Positions 7,411 through 10,995 of a stretch of DNA of 10,995 bases are shown piece after piece; the first letter of the stretch is position 1, and each line of letters starts with the position of its first letter. The notes under the pieces are model-generated. The model worked only from the letters and a program-made list of their open reading frames with translations. It ran no database searches and was not told the DNA's origin. The stretch is from a virus (taxonomy: Duplodnaviria > Heunggongvirae > Uroviricota > Caudoviricetes). Location of the stretch: IMG/VR virus record IMGVR_UViG_2579778784_000010, positions 1 through 10,995 of that record; one strand, written 5' to 3'. The translations under genes were made by a program, and so were the position numbers.

Positions 7411-7436
7411 GAAGCGTCCTATAGGGCGCTTTTTTG
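7411..7436 (+). terminator. Rho-independent terminator of the moron
   Basis: Hairpin GAAGCGTCC-TATA-GGGCGCTT followed by TTTTT, about 25 nt after the TAA at 7383-7385. Confidence 0.55.
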
Positions 7437-7594
7437 TTGCTAACGAATCATCCTGGACTTCATATGCCCCAGGCGGCTACTTCGTGGTCGTCCTGACTGT
7501 TCGTTTTTGACATTTACTGACCGCTTACGACACATGCACCATGCACCGTGTTGCAACCAGATTTTGTTGTAATCCTGTAGTTGGTCTGGAACAA

Positions 7595-7623
7595 AAGATA
7601 AAATTAAAATGCGAGATGTGCAA
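7595..7623 (-). promoter_or_regulatory. PL-like leftward early promoter
   Basis: On minus strand: -35 TTGCAC (complement of 7618-7623), 17-nt spacer, -10 TATCTT (complement of 7595-7600); the -35 lies inside an operator repeat. Confidence 0.35.
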
Positions 7624-7646
7624 GCAATATTTTGCGAGATGTGCAA
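7609..7646. promoter_or_regulatory. OL-like operator pair
   Basis: Two copies of a 15-bp pseudo-palindrome, ATGCGAGATGTGCAA (7609-7623) and TTGCGAGATGTGCAA (7632-7646), sharing an identical 14-bp core and fitting TTGCG-N5-YGCAA; the same half-sites recur at OR. Confidence 0.5.
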
Positions 7647-7656
7647 AATGATGGGT

Positions 7657-7682
7657 GATAAAAAGCCACCTTTCGGTGGCCG
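7657..7682 (-). terminator. intrinsic terminator downstream of cI
   Basis: Minus-strand hairpin GCCACC-GAAA-GGUGGC followed by UUUUUA, about 20 nt after the cI stop (7701-7703). Confidence 0.5.
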
Positions 7683-7700
7683 ATGGATGGGATATTGAAG

Positions 7701-8393
7701 TTAATTATGTCTCTTAAGGGTTTGCGACTGACTGATTAAGACCTTTCCAAAGACCATGAATCGGTGTTCGTTTTCGCTAGTAATTCCCCATTCACGGTAA
7801 ATCTGGTTATCAGAAATCACCAGCAGTTTGTCAGGAATCATTTGAAGTCTTTTAACGTATATTTTGTCATCAAAACCAAAGACATATATACCATCACCAT
7901 CAAACTGATTGATGCTGACATCAACGAAGATGAGATCTCCTGGCTCAATGGTTGGACACATACTGTCCCCACGAACGTTGATAACTTTGATGTGATTGGC
8001 TGGTCGTCCGCCGAACATTGATACAGCATTATCAGTTCTGTATTCGATGGCATGAATCACATCAATGACATCACCGCCCTGGATAAGGCCATTTCCCGCA
8101 CTGGCACTGATATCCAGCATTTCAATACGGAACACATCCTTCACCTGCGCAACATCCTCATCATTACTGTTTTTATATACAGTATTACTTTTGAGGGCAG
8201 AGGTAAAGAGATCAGCAATATCAACACCTAAGCTCTTGGCAATATTACTCAGTGTTTGTTCGGTAAATTGTTTCTGCTTACCCGTTTCTAAGCGCGAGAT
8301 GTTCGCCGCATCTACTCCTATTGCTTCAGCGAGATCGGCGATTTTCATGTTCTTCGCTTGGCGAAGTTGTCTGACTCGGTTTCCTATGTTCAT
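7701..8393 (-). CDS. cI: cI-like prophage repressor (XRE-type HTH plus S24 LexA-like peptidase), 230 aa
   Basis: N-terminal HTH (IADLAEAIGVDAANISRLETGK); C-terminal S24 motifs GDSM (Ser) and YVKRL (Lys); Ala-Gly candidate autocleavage site (SASAGNG). Divergent from the cro-like gene with operators between. ATG at 8393 has no SD. Confidence 0.85.
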   Translation of the reverse strand: MNIGNRVRQLRQAKNMKIADLAEAIGVDAANISRLETGKQKQFTEQTLSNIAKSLGVDIADLFTSALKSNTVYKNSNDEDVAQVKDVFRIEMLDISASAGNGLIQGGDVIDVIHAIEYRTDNAVSMFGGRPANHIKVINVRGDSMCPTIEPGDLIFVDVSINQFDGDGIYVFGFDDKIYVKRLQMIPDKLLVISDNQIYREWGITSENEHRFMVFGKVLISQSQTLKRHN

Positions 8394-8399
8394 GCGTTT

Positions 8400-8428
8400 A
8401 TTACATTTCTTTATTGCGTGATAAGCAA
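8400..8428 (-). promoter_or_regulatory. PRM-like promoter for leaderless cI transcript
   Basis: Minus strand: -35 TTGCTT (complement of 8423-8428), 17-nt spacer, -10 TGTAAT (complement of 8400-8405) ending 6 nt before the cI ATG, so transcription would begin at or next to the start codon. The -35 overlaps operator 8414-8428. Confidence 0.4.
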
Positions 8429-8476
8429 ATCAACTTGCGCAAAACACTTGCGTGAAATAACATGCATAACGCGCAA
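8414..8476. promoter_or_regulatory. OR-like operator region
   Basis: TTGCGTGATAAGCAA (8414-8428), palindrome TTGCGCAA (8435-8442), ATGCATAACGCGCAA (8462-8476); same TTGCG/CGCAA half-sites as OL. Confidence 0.45.
8435..8463 (+). promoter_or_regulatory. PR-like rightward promoter
   Basis: -35 TTGCGC (8435-8440), 17-nt spacer, -10 TAACAT (8458-8463); followed by GGAGGG RBS and the cro-like ATG at 8491. Confidence 0.35.
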
Positions 8477-8490
8477 TATTTGGAGGGTAT

Positions 8491-8751
8491 ATGCAATCAC
8501 CATTACGAAATGTGCGTAAGGCGCATGGTTTCACTTTGCAGCATGTTGCTGCGGGTGTTCAAGTCAATCCAGCGACGTTGAGTCGTATTGAGAGGCTGGA
8601 ACAGATTCCATCTATCGAGCTTGCAGAACGTTTAGCCAATTTTTTTAAGGGTGAAATCAGCGAAATGCAGATTCTTTATCCGGCACGTTTTCAATCTAGC
8701 CAAAACCAGAATGGGTTTAAACCACAGGAACAGGAGGTGAACCGTGGGTAA
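8491..8751 (+). CDS. cro: Cro-like HTH (XRE family) regulator, 86 aa
   Basis: First gene rightward of the operator region, divergent from cI; HTH segment FTLQHVAAGVQVNPATLSRIER; GGAGGG RBS. Confidence 0.65.
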   Translation: MQSPLRNVRKAHGFTLQHVAAGVQVNPATLSRIERLEQIPSIELAERLANFFKGEISEMQILYPARFQSSQNQNGFKPQEQEVNRG

Positions 8752-9295
8752 GCATCACTGGAAAGTAGACAAACAGCCTGAGTGGTTCGTGAAAGCTGTC
8801 AGAAAAACTATCGCAGCGTTGCCTGGGGGTTACGCTGAAGCTGCTGACTGGCTGGATGTAACAGAGAACGCATTATTTAACCGCCTTCGTGCCGATGGCG
8901 ATCAGATTTTCCCGCTGGGATGGGCAATGGTTTTACAGCGTGCTGCTGGCACTCACTACATTGCGGATGCTGTCGCACAGTCTGCTGGTGGGGTGTTTGT
9001 ATCGCTTCCTGAAATTGAGGAAGTAGAGAACGCAGATATAAACCAGCGCCTGCTGGAAGTCATCGAACAGATCGGGAGTTACTCAAAGCAGATTCGTTCG
9101 GCAATCGAAGATGGGGTAGTGGAGCCACACGAGCAGACAGCAATTAATGATGAATTGTATCTGTCAATTTCGAAGCTCCAGGAGCATGCGGCACTGGTCT
9201 ACAAAATTTTCTGCGTTCCAGAAAAGAGTGACGCCCGCGAGTGTGCAGCTCCGGGCGTCGTGGCGTTTTGTGTCTGTGGAGAAACTAACGCATGA
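8744..9295 (+). CDS. CII-like regulatory protein (phage 186 CII / CP76 type), 183 aa
   Basis: GTG at 8744 with AGGAGGTGA RBS, overlapping the cro-like stop. Segment TENALFNRLRADGDQIFPLGWAMVL resembles my recollection of 186 CII (NVQTLRNKLNPEQPHQFTPPELWLL). Position after cro fits. Confidence 0.55.
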   Translation: MGKHHWKVDKQPEWFVKAVRKTIAALPGGYAEAADWLDVTENALFNRLRADGDQIFPLGWAMVLQRAAGTHYIADAVAQSAGGVFVSLPEIEEVENADINQRLLEVIEQIGSYSKQIRSAIEDGVVEPHEQTAINDELYLSISKLQEHAALVYKIFCVPEKSDARECAAPGVVAFCVCGETNA

Positions 9296-10128
9296 ACAGT
9301 TTAACGGCAAATAACCGTTTGTCGCAACAGCTGGTGGTCAGTGTCGCTGCACACCTGTTGTTACGGCATGAATGCAGATTACCAAATCACCTGGCTGTAA
9401 GTAACCACAGAGAACTTTACCTGACTGTGGGGGGCGAGTTGTGCAGGAACTTAACCGCTGGTTTCGTGACGGAAGAGGACTTTATGTTCATGTTATTCGT
9501 TGGGAGCCAGAAACACAGCGCGTTATCTATCTTCGCAAAGACTACCCGCATGAGTGCTTTAGTCCTTTGTGGAAATTCAGGCGTGATTTTGTTGAGTGTG
9601 AAGGACCACCAGCACATTGATTCTGCCATTCCGGGACGTTACACTGTTCAGGCACCTTATAAAGCGGGTGCCGGGATTGGCGTCCTGGAAATGTTATCGG
9701 CGATATATGACGCGCCAGCGTCTTTTTTATCGTCTGCGTCTGCGCACACCCAAATTATGGTGGGCTGGACGGGGGCACTGAAAGGTGCGCCGGTTTCCGA
9801 TAACGCCGGTTACGCCAACCCCGTTCAGTTCACCACCAGCGAAATTGGCGTTTCCGGTGGTGAAGGTAATTCACTGTTATCGGAGGCTGCCATCATGGCT
9901 ACTGTCCCAGCCCTCACTCGTCTGAATGATGAAGACTTACATAAACTCAGTTATGTAACAACTGCACTACGTGCTCTGCGCAAGGTAACTCTTTCGGATC
10001 CGCAGGCGCATCAGGTTCTGGTAGAAACCCTTCTTAACTTGCAGGCTGAACGTATCCGTTTGGCGGATAAGGCTAATTTTCATATTCACCGTCTCCTGAA
10101 TATCAGCGGAGGGCATCGTCATGCTTAA
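9292..10128 (+). CDS. hypothetical protein, 278 aa (N-terminal third of doubtful coding quality)
   Basis: ATG at 9292 overlaps the upstream stop (ATGA) with GGAGAA upstream. From about 9620 the codon usage is clearly coding-like; upstream of that it is poorer, and an alternative frame (9441-9620) is also open. Confidence 0.45.
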   Translation: MNSLTANNRLSQQLVVSVAAHLLLRHECRLPNHLAVSNHRELYLTVGGELCRNLTAGFVTEEDFMFMLFVGSQKHSALSIFAKTTRMSALVLCGNSGVILLSVKDHQHIDSAIPGRYTVQAPYKAGAGIGVLEMLSAIYDAPASFLSSASAHTQIMVGWTGALKGAPVSDNAGYANPVQFTTSEIGVSGGEGNSLLSEAAIMATVPALTRLNDEDLHKLSYVTTALRALRKVTLSDPQAHQVLVETLLNLQAERIRLADKANFHIHRLLNISGGHRHA

Positions 10129-10357
10129 TCCGTTGATCCTCAATATTTGCCGTTTGCTTCAGCGCAAAAAAACATCAATTCCTACAGTTGGGCAGTGGTA
10201 CACCACGCCTGCAGGGCATGTTCTACGTGTTAGCCTGGTTGACCGTGAATGTCAGAAGGTGGTTTGTGAACCGCTGGGCCGTAATTACCGCGTCAGTATG
10301 CCGCTTATAGCCTTTCGCTCCGGAAAAAACATGAAGCATCTCGGAGGTGCAGCATGA
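10121..10357 (+). CDS. hypothetical small protein, 78 aa (possibly DUF4222-like)
   Basis: ATG at 10121 with GGAGGG RBS, overlapping the upstream stop; its stop overlaps the next start (ATGA). Family guess is weak. Confidence 0.45.
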   Translation: MLNPLILNICRLLQRKKTSIPTVGQWYTTPAGHVLRVSLVDRECQKVVCEPLGRNYRVSMPLIAFRSGKNMKHLGGAA

Positions 10358-10995
10358 GTATGGAGCTGATGGTTAAAGCGATGAAAATTCGAGTGGGTAA
10401 TCCATTGCGAAAACTGGTTCTGATCAAGCTGGCTGATAATGCCAGCGATCAGGGTGAGTGCTGGCCCAGCTACCAGCATATTGCTGACCAGTGCGAGATT
10501 AGCAAACGTTCTGTGATGAATCATATTGCGGCCCTTTGTGAGTCCGGGCTGGTAAAAAAAGTCACCCGGAAAGGTGAAAAAGGTAACTCAAGTAATATCT
10601 ATCTCCTTCATCTTGATGGTGCAGGAGATTCACTAGGGGGTAGTGCAAATAATTCACTATCTGGTGCAGCAAATTCACCAGGTAGTGCAGGAGTTGCACC
10701 AGGGGGTAGTGCAGGAGATTCACCCAGAACCAGTCACTCTTTTGAACCAGTCAAAGAACCAGTCAATGAACCAATAGCTGTTGGTGCATCTGCTGATGAG
10801 TCTGTGCGAGTTCGTTCAAACCGACCGGAATACTCTCCGGAGTTTGAGCAGGCATGGCTGGCCTATCCCAAACGTGCTGGTGGCAATTCAAAATCTGCAG
10901 CCTTCAAAGCCTGGAAAGCCCGTTTGAATGAGGGGGTAAACCCCGAAACCATGCTGGAAGGTGTGAAACGCTACGCGGGCTGGGTATCTGCGATG
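10354..10995 (+). CDS. replication initiator, lambda-O-like (3' partial; continues past window end)
   Basis: ATG at 10354 with GGAGGTG RBS. N-terminal winged-helix-like segment (PLRKLVLIKLADNASDQGECWPSYQHIADQCEISKRSVMNHIAALCESGLV) resembles the lambda O N-terminus; Gly/Ser/Ala-rich linker is encoded by direct repeats, as with lambda ori in O. Confidence 0.65.
   Translation, partial: MSMELMVKAMKIRVGNPLRKLVLIKLADNASDQGECWPSYQHIADQCEISKRSVMNHIAALCESGLVKKVTRKGEKGNSSNIYLLHLDGAGDSLGGSANNSLSGAANSPGSAGVAPGGSAGDSPRTSHSFEPVKEPVNEPIAVGASADESVRVRSNRPEYSPEFEQAWLAYPKRAGGNSKSAAFKAWKARLNEGVNPETMLEGVKRYAGWVSAM
10618..10777 (+). repeat. iteron-like direct repeats inside the O-like gene (candidate replication origin)
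   Basis: About five imperfect 21-24-bp repeats with core GGTAGTGCAGGAGATTCAC (10618-10725), then four 11-bp repeats GAACCAGTCA(A) (10726-10777). Confidence 0.55.

Noticed and set aside
7440-8421. Track ORFs 7440-7646, 7764-8021, 7838-8053 and 8065-8421 around the repressor gene
   Set aside because: 7440-7646 starts inside the operator repeats and runs through promoter sequence; the others are antisense or out-of-frame shadows of the cI-like gene.
9417-10524. Minus-strand track ORFs 9417-9629 and 10285-10524
   Set aside because: Antisense to RBS-supported plus-strand genes in a rightward operon; no start signals.
10618-10777. CRISPR array, prompted by the tandem repeats
   Set aside because: Repeats are imperfect, inside a coding region, without uniform spacers or cas genes; they fit replication-origin iterons.
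1-10995. tRNA genes, IS elements, integrase or att core in the window
   Set aside because: No cloverleaf-compatible sequence with a T-loop motif, no transposase-like ORF with terminal inverted repeats, and no tyrosine-recombinase ORF seen; integration functions presumably lie outside the window.

Overview
This window reads as the early/immunity region of a lambdoid enterobacterial prophage (E. coli-type), interrupted by accessory cargo. All calls are from reading the sequence and recalling protein families; no database search or folding was run. Minus strand, 6404 down to 681: a translationally coupled early-left operon whose first four genes match, in order and exact product length (120/274/178/120 aa), the yfdP-yfdQ-yfdR-yfdS block of E. 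coli K-12 prophage CPS-53/KplE1, followed by small hypothetical genes, a coiled-coil protein, a DEDDh 3'-5' exonuclease and a PrtN-family DNA-binding protein, ending at a bidirectional terminator (653-681). Immunity switch: a cI-like repressor (7701-8393, minus; HTH plus S24 peptidase) flanked by 15-bp operators of the form TTGCG-N5-YGCAA, with divergent promoters, an apparently leaderless cI start, and its own terminator. Plus strand from 8491: cro-like, CII-like, two uncharacterised genes, then a partial lambda-O-like replication initiator with two sets of direct repeats inside its linker (candidate origin). Accessory elements: (i) an AT-rich opposite-strand moron for a secreted DUF1311-like protein with its own terminator (6873-7436); (ii) a GC-rich, heavily structured non-coding stretch of about 470 bp (6405-6872) between the presumed PL and the first early-left gene, containing a terminator and a perfect 15-bp inverted repeat but no N-like ORF; (iii) at the left edge, an AT-rich MazF-like gene plus a 57-aa ORF on the plus strand, convergent with the prophage operon. 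The leads I rate highest for something undescribed are (ii), (iii) and the two-gene insert between the CII-like and O-like genes. No tRNA, CRISPR array, IS element, integrase or reverse transcriptase was seen.
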